DNA of 45,126 nt from Paracoccaceae bacterium (GTDB lineage Bacteria > Pseudomonadota > Alphaproteobacteria > Rhodobacterales > Rhodobacteraceae): assembly GCA_026982575.1 (NCBI GenBank), contig JALSGU010000291.1, forward strand, positions 1 to 45,126, read 5' to 3'. Shown here in pieces: positions 27,007 through 35,619 of this stretch. Both the position numbers and the translations under genes were made by a program. Positions within the stretch are counted from its first letter, which is position 1. Every line of letters starts with the position of its first letter. Under the pieces are notes generated by a model, which saw only the letters and a program-made list of their open reading frames with translations, did no database searches and was not told the origin of the DNA.

Positions 27007-27348
27007 ATGGGTAAAAGAGACGATCTAATTGCGGTTTATGCCGCTGATCTTAAAGAAAAATGTGGCATGACACCGGATATGGACCTGCTGACCAAAGTCA
27101 CCATCGGCTGCGGACCATCGATTTATAACGCTGATGCATCCACGGTTGCGGGGTCGCAGGCGTCGGAACTGGCAACGGTAAAAGACAATTTTCTGGTCAA
27201 AAAGCTGGGCCTGAAAGACGGGCCGGAATTGATGGATGCCATCAATGCTGCCATTGAAACCTATGGCAAATCCAACCGCAACAAATATCGCGCGGTAATT
27301 TATTATATGCTGACCAAGAAATTCGGCAAAGAATCCGTTTATAAATAA
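27007..27348 (+). CDS. DUF2853-family small protein
   Basis: 113 aa: MGKRDDLIAVYAADLKEKCG…NRNKYRAVIYYMLTKKFGKESVY. The family assignment is from recollection. Confidence 0.55.
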   Translation: MGKRDDLIAVYAADLKEKCGMTPDMDLLTKVTIGCGPSIYNADASTVAGSQASELATVKDNFLVKKLGLKDGPELMDAINAAIETYGKSNRNKYRAVIYYMLTKKFGKESVYK

Positions 27349-27353
27349 ATCAA

Positions 27354-27438
27354 AGCGTTTCCAGATAGCTTGAATCAGAATTCATCCTGAGTGTGGATGA
27401 TTTCTGATGATTTTTATGCTATGAAATCTGGAAACGCT
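27354..27438. terminator. 85-nt compound hairpin between convergent genes (likely a bidirectional terminator)
   Basis: The outer 13-bp stem is perfect: AGCGTTTCCAGAT (27354-27366) pairs with ATCTGGAAACGCT (27426-27438). The inner 14-bp stem ATCAGAATTCATCC / GGATGATTTCTGAT has 1 mismatch. T-rich runs follow in both directions. Confidence 0.55.
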
Positions 27439-28491
27439 CTAATCGGAAATGGGGCTGATACGATTTTCATGCCCCATTTTCCGCCCCGGTTTTGCAATAT
27501 CTTTGCCATAAAGATGCAGGCCGATATTTGCATCTTGCGAATATGCATCATCGCCAATCAGGTTGGTCATCACCACATTTGAATGGCGCTGCCCGTCGCC
27601 CAAAGGCCATCCGGCCACGGCGCGGATATGTTGTTCGAACTGGTCAATCAAACAGCCATTCTGGGTCCAGTGACCCGAATTATGCACCCGAGGCGCGATC
27701 TCGTTCACGATCAGGCCGGATGCTGTCACAAACAGCTCCACCCCCATCACCCCGACATAATCAAGCGCATTTAAAATACGCCCCGCCAGAATAACCGCAT
27801 CGGTTTGCTGCGCCAGCGTCAGGTTTGCGGGCACGGTGGTTGTGTGTAAAATACCGCTTTGATGCACGTTTTCACCGGGGTCATAACAGGCGACCTCGCC
27901 ATTTTGATTGCGCGCGGCAATCACTGAAACCTCGCGTTCAAAATTGACAAACCCTTCCAGCACCGCAGGGGCGCCGTTCAGGGCGTTAAAGGCGGTTGTG
28001 GCCTCGGCAATATCATCAATGCGGATCTGCCCCTTGCCATCATAGCCAAAGCGGCGGGTTTTTAGAATGCACGGCGTGCCAATGGTTTGCAGGGCCGATT
28101 GCAAATCTTCCAGCGTATCAATCTGCGCAAAAGCTGCCACATTCAGGCCAAGGTTTTGCAAAAACGCTTTTTCAACAATCCGGTCCTGACTGGTGGCCAG
28201 TGATTTGCGGTTGGGGTGAATGGGGCGCAGGGTTTCCAGATGGTCAAGCGCCGCTGTCGGGATGTTTTCGAATTCATAAGTGATCACATCGACAGCATTG
28301 GCAAAAGCACCAAGCGCTGCCAGATCATCATAACCAGCAGTGGTCACCGCATCGGCAACCTGACCGGCGGGCGGGTTTGATCCGGGTTCGAAAATATGGG
28401 TATTCAACCCCAGACGGCTGGCGGCAACCGCCAGCATCCGCCCCAGTTGCCCACCGCCCAATATGCCGATTGTGCCCCCCGGTTTCAGCAT
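27439..28491 (-). CDS. purK: N5-carboxyaminoimidazole ribonucleotide synthase PurK
   Basis: MLKPGGTIGILGGGQLGRM… (ATP-grasp). It lies directly downstream of purE. The longer ORF N-terminus (to 28674) overlaps purE and was rejected. An alternative ATG lies at 28500. Confidence 0.9.
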   Translation of the reverse strand: MLKPGGTIGILGGGQLGRMLAVAASRLGLNTHIFEPGSNPPAGQVADAVTTAGYDDLAALGAFANAVDVITYEFENIPTAALDHLETLRPIHPNRKSLATSQDRIVEKAFLQNLGLNVAAFAQIDTLEDLQSALQTIGTPCILKTRRFGYDGKGQIRIDDIAEATTAFNALNGAPAVLEGFVNFEREVSVIAARNQNGEVACYDPGENVHQSGILHTTTVPANLTLAQQTDAVILAGRILNALDYVGVMGVELFVTASGLIVNEIAPRVHNSGHWTQNGCLIDQFEQHIRAVAGWPLGDGQRHSNVVMTNLIGDDAYSQDANIGLHLYGKDIAKPGRKMGHENRISPISD

Positions 28492-28492
28492 T

Positions 28493-28981
28493 TCAACCAT
28501 CGCGCGGATCCAGCGCAATGGCATCGGTCTGCGCGGCGCGATAGGCATCAAGCCTTGCGGCCAACGCAGCATCATGATTGGCCAGAATTGCCGCGGCCAG
28601 CAGCCCTGCATTGGCAGCGCCAGCGGCACCGATTGCCAAGGTGCCCACCGGAATGCCCTTTGGCATCTGCACAATGGAAAGCAGTGAATCCTGCCCCGAA
28701 AGCGCGGCAGATTTCACCGGCACACCGAGCACCGGAATGCGGGTTTTTGCCGCCACCATGCCGGGCAAATGTGCAGCACCGCCAGCACCGGCGATGATCA
28801 CCTGTAACCCTGCTTCAACCGCGCCGGATGCATATTCAAACATGCGATCCGGGGTGCGATGGGCGCTGACAATGCGGGTTTCATAGGCCACGCCCAGTAT
28901 TTCCAGCACATTTGCCGCCTCGATCATGGTTGGCCAATCCGATTGGCTGCCCATGATAATTCCGACCTGTGGGGTTTGCAT
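28493..28981 (-). CDS. purE: N5-CAIR mutase PurE
   Basis: [16 protein letters not shown]…SAHRTPD…[10 protein letters not shown]…. An AAGGAG RBS precedes the ATG at 28981. Confidence 0.93.
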   Translation of the reverse strand: MQTPQVGIIMGSQSDWPTMIEAANVLEILGVAYETRIVSAHRTPDRMFEYASGAVEAGLQVIIAGAGGAAHLPGMVAAKTRIPVLGVPVKSAALSGQDSLLSIVQMPKGIPVGTLAIGAAGAANAGLLAAAILANHDAALAARLDAYRAAQTDAIALDPRDG

Positions 28982-29027
28982 GCCGCGCTCCTTGCAAAAA
29001 GGCAACATACCGCTGCCATGGCAGATT

Positions 29028-29246
29028 TCAAGCAATAATATCGGGGTTTAGGGCATCGGATATACGGGCGATTTTATCTTTCAGTGCCAGTTTACGGCGT
29101 TTTAGCCGCTGTAGCGTCAACATATCGACCCGCCGCGATTCTTGCAGTGCGTGGATTGCCTCGTCCAGATCACGGTGATCTTGCTGAAAGGTTCGCAATT
29201 CATACCGCAATACCTCGGCTTGGGTCATGGTCGGGGGCGATTTCAT
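29028..29246 (-). CDS. DUF465 (YdcH-like) small coiled-coil protein
   Basis: ~72 aa. …[22 protein letters not shown]…[18 protein letters not shown]… is the typical DUF465 pattern. An AGGAA RBS precedes the ATG at 29246. Confidence 0.7.
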   Translation of the reverse strand: MKSPPTMTQAEVLRYELRTFQQDHRDLDEAIHALQESRRVDMLTLQRLKRRKLALKDKIARISDALNPDIIA

Positions 29247-29298
29247 GCGATATTCCTGTGATTTATGCCAGTCTATAGCGGAACAAAGCATGCAGCTA

Positions 29299-29326
29299 CT
29301 TGTTTTAGGTCAAAAAACCCGCATAT
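29299..29326 (+). promoter_or_regulatory. Candidate RpoH-type (heat shock) promoter for the Hsp20 gene
   Basis: CTTGTT, a 13-nt spacer, then CCCGCATAT, loosely matching CTTGAA-N13-15-CCCCATNT. Confidence 0.3.
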
Positions 29327-29388
29327 TCAGGGTATTGTCGCTGAATGTCAGGGCAATTGACCCAAGTCGCTTTGATAAGGACTTTTAC

Positions 29389-29799
29389 ATGACCAAATCC
29401 AGTTTTTCCGCGCACCCGTATCTTTTGGGCTTTGAACAGCTTGACCGGCTGGTGGAACGCTCGGCGCGCAATGATGGTTACCCCCCTTATAATATCGAAC
29501 AAAGCGGCCCCAATGCCTATCGTATTACGCTGGCAGTGGCCGGATTTGCCGAGACGGAATTGCACATCACGGTTGAGGAAAACCAGCTTATGGTACGGGG
29601 TGTCCAGCCTGCGGATGCCGAGGGCAGGGTGTTTTTGCATCGTGGTATTGCAGCGCGCCAGTTCCAGCGGTCATTTGTGCTGGCAGACGGGGTTGCGGTG
29701 TTGGGTGCCTCGCAGGAAAACGGTTTGTTGCATATTGATCTGGACCGCACGATGCCTGAAACCGTGGTGCAAGCCATTAAAATAAATCAAAATAAATAA
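29389..29799 (+). CDS. Small heat shock protein (Hsp20/IbpA family)
   Basis: 136 aa: …YPPYNIEQSGPNAYRITLAVAGFAETELHITVEENQLMVRG…FLHRGIAARQFQRSF.LAD (alpha-crystallin domain). A TAAGGA RBS precedes the ATG at 29389. Confidence 0.9.
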   Translation: MTKSSFSAHPYLLGFEQLDRLVERSARNDGYPPYNIEQSGPNAYRITLAVAGFAETELHITVEENQLMVRGVQPADAEGRVFLHRGIAARQFQRSFVLADGVAVLGASQENGLLHIDLDRTMPETVVQAIKINQNK

Positions 29800-29814
29800 A
29801 TCAGTGACGTTGGC

Positions 29815-32253
29815 TTATGCTTTGATGCGCACCATAGCCGCGTCATAAACCGCGCCCATAAACACCCGTGCCTTGACCCGTTTGCTGGCCACTTCCAGCG
29901 TATAGTCCCCTGCCAGCACAAAATCTGCGTCAACAGCTTTGCTGCGCACAAACCCATAGCCAACCGATTTACCGATCGTGTATCCATACCCCGCCGAAGA
30001 CAGCCAGCCGATGCGTTCTCCGTTTCTAAAGATGGTTTCGCGGCCAAGCAAAACTGTATCAGGGTCATCCACCAAAAAACCTGCCATCAGTTTATTTACA
30101 CCGTTGGTTTTTTGCACGGCCATGGCAGCACGGCCCTTGAAATCAACCTTGCTGCGCAGCTTTACCGCCCAGCCTAACCCCGCTTCAAACGGAGTGTGAT
30201 CTGGGCCAATATCGGCGCCCCACGCCCGATAGCCTTTTTCAAGGCGCAGGGATTCAATGGCGCGATACCCGGCGTTTATCAGGCCATAACGGTTGCCGGC
30301 TTCCATCAATGTGCTGTAAACTTCCAAGGCATGTTCAATAGGAAAATGCAGTTCCCAGCCGAGTTCACCAACATAAGTAACGCGCAGGGCCAGAACATTA
30401 TGGCCTGCGATCTGGATGGTTTTGCAGGTTCCAAATGCAAAACCCTCGTTGCTGAAGGTATCTCGGGATACCCGAACCATAATGCGCCGCGCAGCTGGTC
30501 CCATCAAAGATAAAACCGCATTTTCATTGGTGACATCACGCAGGGTGCATTCCAAGCCAGCAGGGATATTGCGCTTGATCCAGTCAAAATCACGGGTGGC
30601 AAAGCCGGTGCCGGTGACAATGTAAAACCGATCGTTCGCAACCCGCGCCACGGTCAAATCACACTCGATTCCCCCTGCATCATTCAGCATTTGGGTATAG
30701 ATCAATGCACCGACAGGGCGGTCAACATTATTGCTGCAAATCCAGTCAAGCGCGGCGCATGCATCCGGCCCTTCCAGCTCAAACTTGGCAAAAGAGCTTT
30801 GGTCAAACAGCGCGGCCGCCTCGCGGCAGGCTTTGTGTTCGCGCCCGACCGCATCAAACCAGTTTTGACGCCCAAAACCGTATTCATCAGCCGCGGTCAC
30901 GCCTTGGGTGGCAAACCAGTTTGGTCGCTCCCAACCCAGTTTTTCGCCAAAAACCGCGCCTTGGTCTTTTAAGGTCTGGTAAAGCGGTGAAAGCCGGTTT
31001 TCGCGCACCGACCGGTTTTCCTCCAGCGGCCAATCCATGGTGTAATGTTTGCCATAGGCCTCCACGGTGCGGCTGCGCACCCAGTCAACATCGCGGTGCG
31101 GTTGCCCGAATCGCCGAATGTCAGCCGACCATAAATCATAAGGCGGGCCACCATTGGCCACCCATTCCGCCAAGGCCATACCAGCACCGCCCCCTGCTGC
31201 GATGCCAAAGGCATTAAAGCCCGCACCAACAAAGAAATTCGCCAGTTCCGGCGCCTCGCCGATGATGAAATTACCATCGGGGGTAAAGCTCTCTGGCCCG
31301 TTGGTCAGGGTTTTGATGCCCGCGGTTTCCAAGGCCGGCACCCGCCCCAGCGCCAATTCCATCAATGGTTCAAAATGGTCAAAATTGCTGTCGAGCAGCA
31401 TATAATGGAAACCCTTCGGAATGCCATCCACAGCCCAAGGGATCGGGTTGTTTTCATAGCCCCCCATCACCAGCCCGCCGACTTCTTCCTTATAATAGGT
31501 CAGACGGTCAGGGTCGCGCAGGGTGGGCAGGTTTTTTGGCATGGCTTTGATGGGTTCGGTCACCATATACTGGTGTTCCATGCTGACCAGCGGCACAGAA
31601 ACGCCAAAACGGGCGGCGAAATCACGGGTCCATTGACCAGCACAGATAATGACTTTTTCACAGGCAATCCGGCCATGTTCGGTGATAACGGCAATAATAC
31701 GGCCTTTGTCGATCTTAAGATCCAGCGCGCTGATATCTTCAAATATTTGCGCGCCAGCCATCCGTGCGCCCTTGGCAAGGGCCTGGGTGATGTCAGACGG
31801 ATTGGCCTGACCGTCGGTCGGCATAAAGGCAGCACCTATAACATCGTCCACATTCATCAAGGGCCATAAATCGAGAGCTTCTTGCGGGCTAAGCAATTCC
31901 ATTTCCAACCCGAAAGAATGGGCGGTTGTCGCCTGACGCTGGACTTCGATCCAGCGATCAGGGTTGCAAGCCAGCCGCAAACCGCCATTCATTTTCCAGC
32001 CGGTGCCAAGGCCGGTTTCAGCTTCTAGCGCTTTATAAAGATCAACGGAATAGCCCAGCAAGCGGGTGATATTGGCGTTGGAGCGCAATTGCCCCACCAG
32101 CCCCGCCGCATGAAATGTGGTGCCGGATGTCAGCTTTTTGCGCTCCAGCAGCGTGCATTCCACCCCCATTTTGGCAAGATGATAAGCGGTGGAACACCCC
32201 ATGATGCCGCCACCGATAATAACTGTTTTTGACGAAGACGGCAGAGGTTTCAT
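29815..32253 (-). CDS. FAD-dependent oxidoreductase fused to a GcvT-type aminomethyltransferase domain (dimethylglycine/sarcosine dehydrogenase family)
   Basis: 812 aa with the N-terminal dinucleotide fold VIIGGGIMGCSTAYHLAKMG and a C-terminal folate-binding GcvT-like half (…YVGELGWELH…). The size is typical of DMGDH/SardH. Confidence 0.85.
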   Translation of the reverse strand: MKPLPSSSKTVIIGGGIMGCSTAYHLAKMGVECTLLERKKLTSGTTFHAAGLVGQLRSNANITRLLGYSVDLYKALEAETGLGTGWKMNGGLRLACNPDRWIEVQRQATTAHSFGLEMELLSPQEALDLWPLMNVDDVIGAAFMPTDGQANPSDITQALAKGARMAGAQIFEDISALDLKIDKGRIIAVITEHGRIACEKVIICAGQWTRDFAARFGVSVPLVSMEHQYMVTEPIKAMPKNLPTLRDPDRLTYYKEEVGGLVMGGYENNPIPWAVDGIPKGFHYMLLDSNFDHFEPLMELALGRVPALETAGIKTLTNGPESFTPDGNFIIGEAPELANFFVGAGFNAFGIAAGGGAGMALAEWVANGGPPYDLWSADIRRFGQPHRDVDWVRSRTVEAYGKHYTMDWPLEENRSVRENRLSPLYQTLKDQGAVFGEKLGWERPNWFATQGVTAADEYGFGRQNWFDAVGREHKACREAAALFDQSSFAKFELEGPDACAALDWICSNNVDRPVGALIYTQMLNDAGGIECDLTVARVANDRFYIVTGTGFATRDFDWIKRNIPAGLECTLRDVTNENAVLSLMGPAARRIMVRVSRDTFSNEGFAFGTCKTIQIAGHNVLALRVTYVGELGWELHFPIEHALEVYSTLMEAGNRYGLINAGYRAIESLRLEKGYRAWGADIGPDHTPFEAGLGWAVKLRSKVDFKGRAAMAVQKTNGVNKLMAGFLVDDPDTVLLGRETIFRNGERIGWLSSAGYGYTIGKSVGYGFVRSKAVDADFVLAGDYTLEVASKRVKARVFMGAVYDAAMVRIKA

Positions 32254-32262
32254 GGGCCACCT

Positions 32263-33138
32263 TTAGCTTTGTTTGAACATCTCGTGGGCGCGTTCAAACC
32301 GCGCGATTTGCTCCAGTGTATAGGGCGCATAATCAATGTCTAGCGTTGATGTCAGTTCTGACAACATGCTCCACAAGACCTCGCGCAGCAGGCTGGCGGT
32401 TTTCATGGCGTGATAGCGACGCAACAGGCCAGCGGTGACGGGTGTTTCAAAATAGGTTTCCAGCAGGAATGTTTCTGTGGCCGCGTCAAAACTGTTATTC
32501 GAGGCTAGCCCGCCCAGATCAAACAAGGGGGTGTTAAAGCCGCCATAATCCCAGTCAATCAGCCAAAGGCGTTTTCCGTCATCCAGAATATTGGCGGCCA
32601 GCCAGTCATTATGGCAAAAAGCAATGTCAAAAGGCCCGGCGGCGGCCTCCAACGCGCTGTTTATTTCCATATATTCAGATAGTTTGCTTGCGTAACCGGT
32701 GCCACGTTCTGAAAGGTTTTTTCCATAATCGCGGATGGCGTGAAACACCCAGAAAATCAGGGCAGGGCCGTGAAAATGCTGCGGGATGTCGCGGTGGCAG
32801 CGCTGCATTAAGGGGATGATACGGGCCAGTGTATCCGAGTCTTGAACATCTTTTTCAGTTAATGTTTTGGCCTCGATAAAATCAATTACCGTCATGCCGT
32901 TTTCAGCATAATGCACTTTTGGTGAAAGTCCTGCCAGATGTGCGGCGCGGCTGGCGGCCAGATCGCCAAATCGCATCAGGTTATGTTCGGGAATGTCGCT
33001 GCCATTGCGCAAAACATATTTTTTAGCGCCATCCGTGATGATGAAATTGAGGTTGGTTAGCCCGCCACTCAGCGGGGCTATTTCAATTTCATTCTGCCAC
33101 AGCGGCAGGGCACGGATTTTAGAAAACAATTCGGTCAT
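32263..33138 (-). CDS. Choline/ethanolamine kinase-like phosphotransferase (APH superfamily)
   Basis: …LSGGLTNLNFII…, the Brenner motif …FCHNDWLAANIL…, and …LIDWDYGGFNTPLFDLG. A GAGGA RBS precedes the ATG at 33138, which lies 21 nt after the regulator's stop. Confidence 0.7.
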   Translation of the reverse strand: MTELFSKIRALPLWQNEIEIAPLSGGLTNLNFIITDGAKKYVLRNGSDIPEHNLMRFGDLAASRAAHLAGLSPKVHYAENGMTVIDFIEAKTLTEKDVQDSDTLARIIPLMQRCHRDIPQHFHGPALIFWVFHAIRDYGKNLSERGTGYASKLSEYMEINSALEAAAGPFDIAFCHNDWLAANILDDGKRLWLIDWDYGGFNTPLFDLGGLASNNSFDAATETFLLETYFETPVTAGLLRRYHAMKTASLLREVLWSMLSELTSTLDIDYAPYTLEQIARFERAHEMFKQS

Positions 33139-33159
33139 GTGTTTCCTCAAAAAGGGCAA

Positions 33160-33876
33160 TTAGCCGTCTATCAAGGCGGTTGGTTTTGCGAATTCTATCA
33201 AAGCAGGCATATTGTCCAGCGATACCTTTTGCCCGTCAACCCGAACGCCCAATTCCTTTAGCGAGGCAAAAGCACGCGACAGGTTTTCGGGGGTCATGCC
33301 CAGATAGGATGCAAGCCGGCGCTTTTCATATTTCAAAAGGAACTGGGTGGCGCCATCGTTTTTTTTGCCGGTTTTTATCAGATAATTGGCCAAGCGTTCT
33401 TTCGAGGTGCGCAGCTTTAACCCCTTGGCATGGCGAATTCCGGCCCTGTAATATTCTGCCAGCTCTGAGACGATGCTTTTGGCAAATTCCGGGTCGTTTT
33501 CGAATGTTTGGCGCACATCTTCGGATGGCAGCATAACAATAAGGGATTTTTCACCGGTGCGGGCTGACATTAAATAGGGCCCCTTATTGATGGTTGCCGC
33601 CAGAATAAAGCTGGAAACCGGCCAAACCGTTGCCAATGTTGTTTCGTTTTTATCCCAGTTTGCAAACAATTCTACTGAACCTGAAATCACGATATATAAA
33701 AAATCCGACGGGTCTCCCTCGGTGATTAGCTCTACATTCGGGGGGAAATTTTGCGCATAGGCTGCTTGGGTCAGGGACGCAAAAGACCGGTCGGAAATAT
33801 TTTTGAACAGATCGATTCCGCGAATCTCTTTTAGGCGGTCAGGGGTCACGCTGATGCTCCGAAGCTTATTTGACAA
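33160..33876 (-). CDS. Crp/Fnr-family transcriptional regulator without any cysteine (NarR/NnrR/Dnr-like)
   Basis: 238 aa with a cNMP-binding-like beta-roll and the C-terminal HTH RLASYLGMTPENLSRAF, which carries the FNR-type E-x-x-S-R recognition motif. It has zero Cys residues, so no FNR-type Fe-S cluster is possible. It is divergent from narK1. The start is TTG at 33876 or GTG at 33849 (GGAG 7 nt upstream). Confidence 0.85.
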   Translation of the reverse strand: MSNKLRSISVTPDRLKEIRGIDLFKNISDRSFASLTQAAYAQNFPPNVELITEGDPSDFLYIVISGSVELFANWDKNETTLATVWPVSSFILAATINKGPYLMSARTGEKSLIVMLPSEDVRQTFENDPEFAKSIVSELAEYYRAGIRHAKGLKLRTSKERLANYLIKTGKKNDGATQFLLKYEKRRLASYLGMTPENLSRAFASLKELGVRVDGQKVSLDNMPALIEFAKPTALIDG

Positions 33877-34004
33877 TTATCAAGTTAGAGTTGGTAACAT
33901 GTTAAGCTGCACCATGACAACTCTTTTGCTGCGGTTGAAATATTAGCAATCGCACGGGCTGCAATTATCAATAACTCGTTGATTTATAAAAGGTTTTTGA
34001 TTTA

Positions 34005-34018
34005 TTGACCTGAATCAA
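34005..34018. promoter_or_regulatory. FNR/NarR-type box
   Basis: TTGAC-CTGA-ATCAA against the consensus TTGAT-N4-ATCAA (9/10), in the regulator/narK1 divergent region. Extra TTGAT half-sites lie at 33979, 33997 and 34026. Confidence 0.65.
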
Positions 34019-34148
34019 ATCTTAGTTGATCCGGGGTGTGCGAAGAGAAAACAAGCGCGTAGAAGGTTTTTTACACGTCATAATTGGCACGATGAGCAAG
34101 CAAGCTGCTGCGAATTCAGGTGCGCTTATAAGAGACAAGGGACAGAAG

Positions 34149-35561
34149 ATGGAAATTGAAAACAAGGCCACCCGATTATGGGGTAATTTTTTCAAAGTAA
34201 ATATGGTTCAAATCCGCACCTTCCACATGACGTGGTTCGCGTTTTTTGCCGCGTTTTTTGCTTGGTTCGGCATTGCGCCCTTGATGATTATCGTGCGCGA
34301 CGAGCTGGATCTGACAAAATCCCAGGTGGGCTGGACCATTATCGCATCCGTGTCGATGACGGTTTTTGCACGTTTTCTGATCGGTTGGTTATGCGATCGG
34401 TATGGCCCGCGTCTTACTTTTACCTGGTTGATGGTTCTTGGCGCGTTTCCGGTGGCGGGCATTGGTTTGGCGGACAGTTTTGAAAGCTTTCTGTTTTTCC
34501 GTTTGCTGATTGGCATGATTGGTGGCGCATTTGTAATTACCCAATACCATACAACCATGATGTTTGCGCCCAATATTGTGGGCACAGCCAATGCCACCAG
34601 CGCCGGTTGGGGTAATCTTGGCGGCGGTGTTACGCAATTGGTTATGCCGCTGATTTTCTCGGGGTTGATCATCATGTTCGGCCTGACCGATGCACAGGCA
34701 TGGCGCATGTCGATGGTTGCAGTTGGTGTTGTGATCTTTTTTGTCGGCATTGCCTATTTCTTTGCCACGCAAGACACGCCAAATGGCAGCTTTAAGGAAT
34801 TGCGCGCCCAAGGCAAAATGGAGCCGAAAAAGAAGGTTACCGGCGAATACTTCAAAGCCATGAAGGATTACCGCGTCTGGGTGCTTTTTCTGATTTACGG
34901 CGCCTGTTTCGGTATTGAGCTAACCGTCAACAACACAGCCGCATTGTATTTCTATGATTACTTTGATGTTAATCTGGTCACGGCCGGTGCCATCGCGGCT
35001 TCATTCGGTTTGATGAACATTTTTGCCCGCACATTGGGTGGCATTTTTGGCGATAACTTCGGGTCTATCTGGGGCTTGCGCGGCCGCGCATTCTGGTTGT
35101 TCATCGTGCTGTTGGGCGAGGGCATTGCCCTGATGATCTTTAGCCAGATGAATGTGCTGTTTCTGGCGATACCGATGCTGATTGTCTTTTCGCTATTCAC
35201 CCAGATGGCCGAGGGCGCGACTTATTCGGTGGTGCCGTTCATCAACAAAAAAGCCTTGGGCGCGGTTGCCGGCATTGTTGGCGCGGGCGGTAATGCCGGT
35301 GCGGTTGCAGCCGGGTTCCTGTTCAAGGGTGCGATGGAATGGAACGATGTGTTTTTCACCATTGGCGTGGTGGTTGTAATCGCTTCCTTCCTGACTTTCT
35401 TTTTACGCTTTAGCCCTGAACAGGAAGCCGAAGAAAAAGCCCTGTTTGAAAAAGCCAATCTTGATCTGCTGAAAATACGGGCAGACCGCGCCAATGCGGC
35501 ATTGGCCAATTCGGCCAAGGTCGTTTCCGATTACAACAAGAATAACAGCAAGCAAATCTGA
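34149..35561 (+). CDS. narK1: Nitrate/nitrite porter, MFS NNP family (NarK1-type)
   Basis: ~470 aa and 12-TM-like, with the NNP signatures AGWGNLGGG and GAGGNAGAV. The start is taken at ATG 34149; alternatives are 34092 and 34026. Confidence 0.88.
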   Translation: MEIENKATRLWGNFFKVNMVQIRTFHMTWFAFFAAFFAWFGIAPLMIIVRDELDLTKSQVGWTIIASVSMTVFARFLIGWLCDRYGPRLTFTWLMVLGAFPVAGIGLADSFESFLFFRLLIGMIGGAFVITQYHTTMMFAPNIVGTANATSAGWGNLGGGVTQLVMPLIFSGLIIMFGLTDAQAWRMSMVAVGVVIFFVGIAYFFATQDTPNGSFKELRAQGKMEPKKKVTGEYFKAMKDYRVWVLFLIYGACFGIELTVNNTAALYFYDYFDVNLVTAGAIAASFGLMNIFARTLGGIFGDNFGSIWGLRGRAFWLFIVLLGEGIALMIFSQMNVLFLAIPMLIVFSLFTQMAEGATYSVVPFINKKALGAVAGIVGAGGNAGAVAAGFLFKGAMEWNDVFFTIGVVVVIASFLTFFLRFSPEQEAEEKALFEKANLDLLKIRADRANAALANSAKVVSDYNKNNSKQI

Positions 35562-35569
35562 CACTGCTG

Positions 35570-35587
35570 CGGGGCAATCATGCCCCG
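35570..35587 (+). other. Small hairpin between narK1 and narK2
   Basis: CGGGGCA-ATCA-TGCCCCG forms a 7-bp perfect stem 9 nt after the narK1 stop. Confidence 0.4.
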
Positions 35588-35619
35588 TTCCATAATAACA
35601 TTCATCAAGGAGAATACCT

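Noticed and set aside
29292-29388. Possible ROSE-type RNA thermometer in the Hsp20 5' region.
   Set aside because: No upstream U(U/C)GCU-type anti-SD stretch pairs with the TAAGGA Shine-Dalgarno. Only short 4-6-bp hairpins and a direct repeat (TCAGGG.A.TTG) are visible. A heat-shock-type promoter is the simpler explanation.
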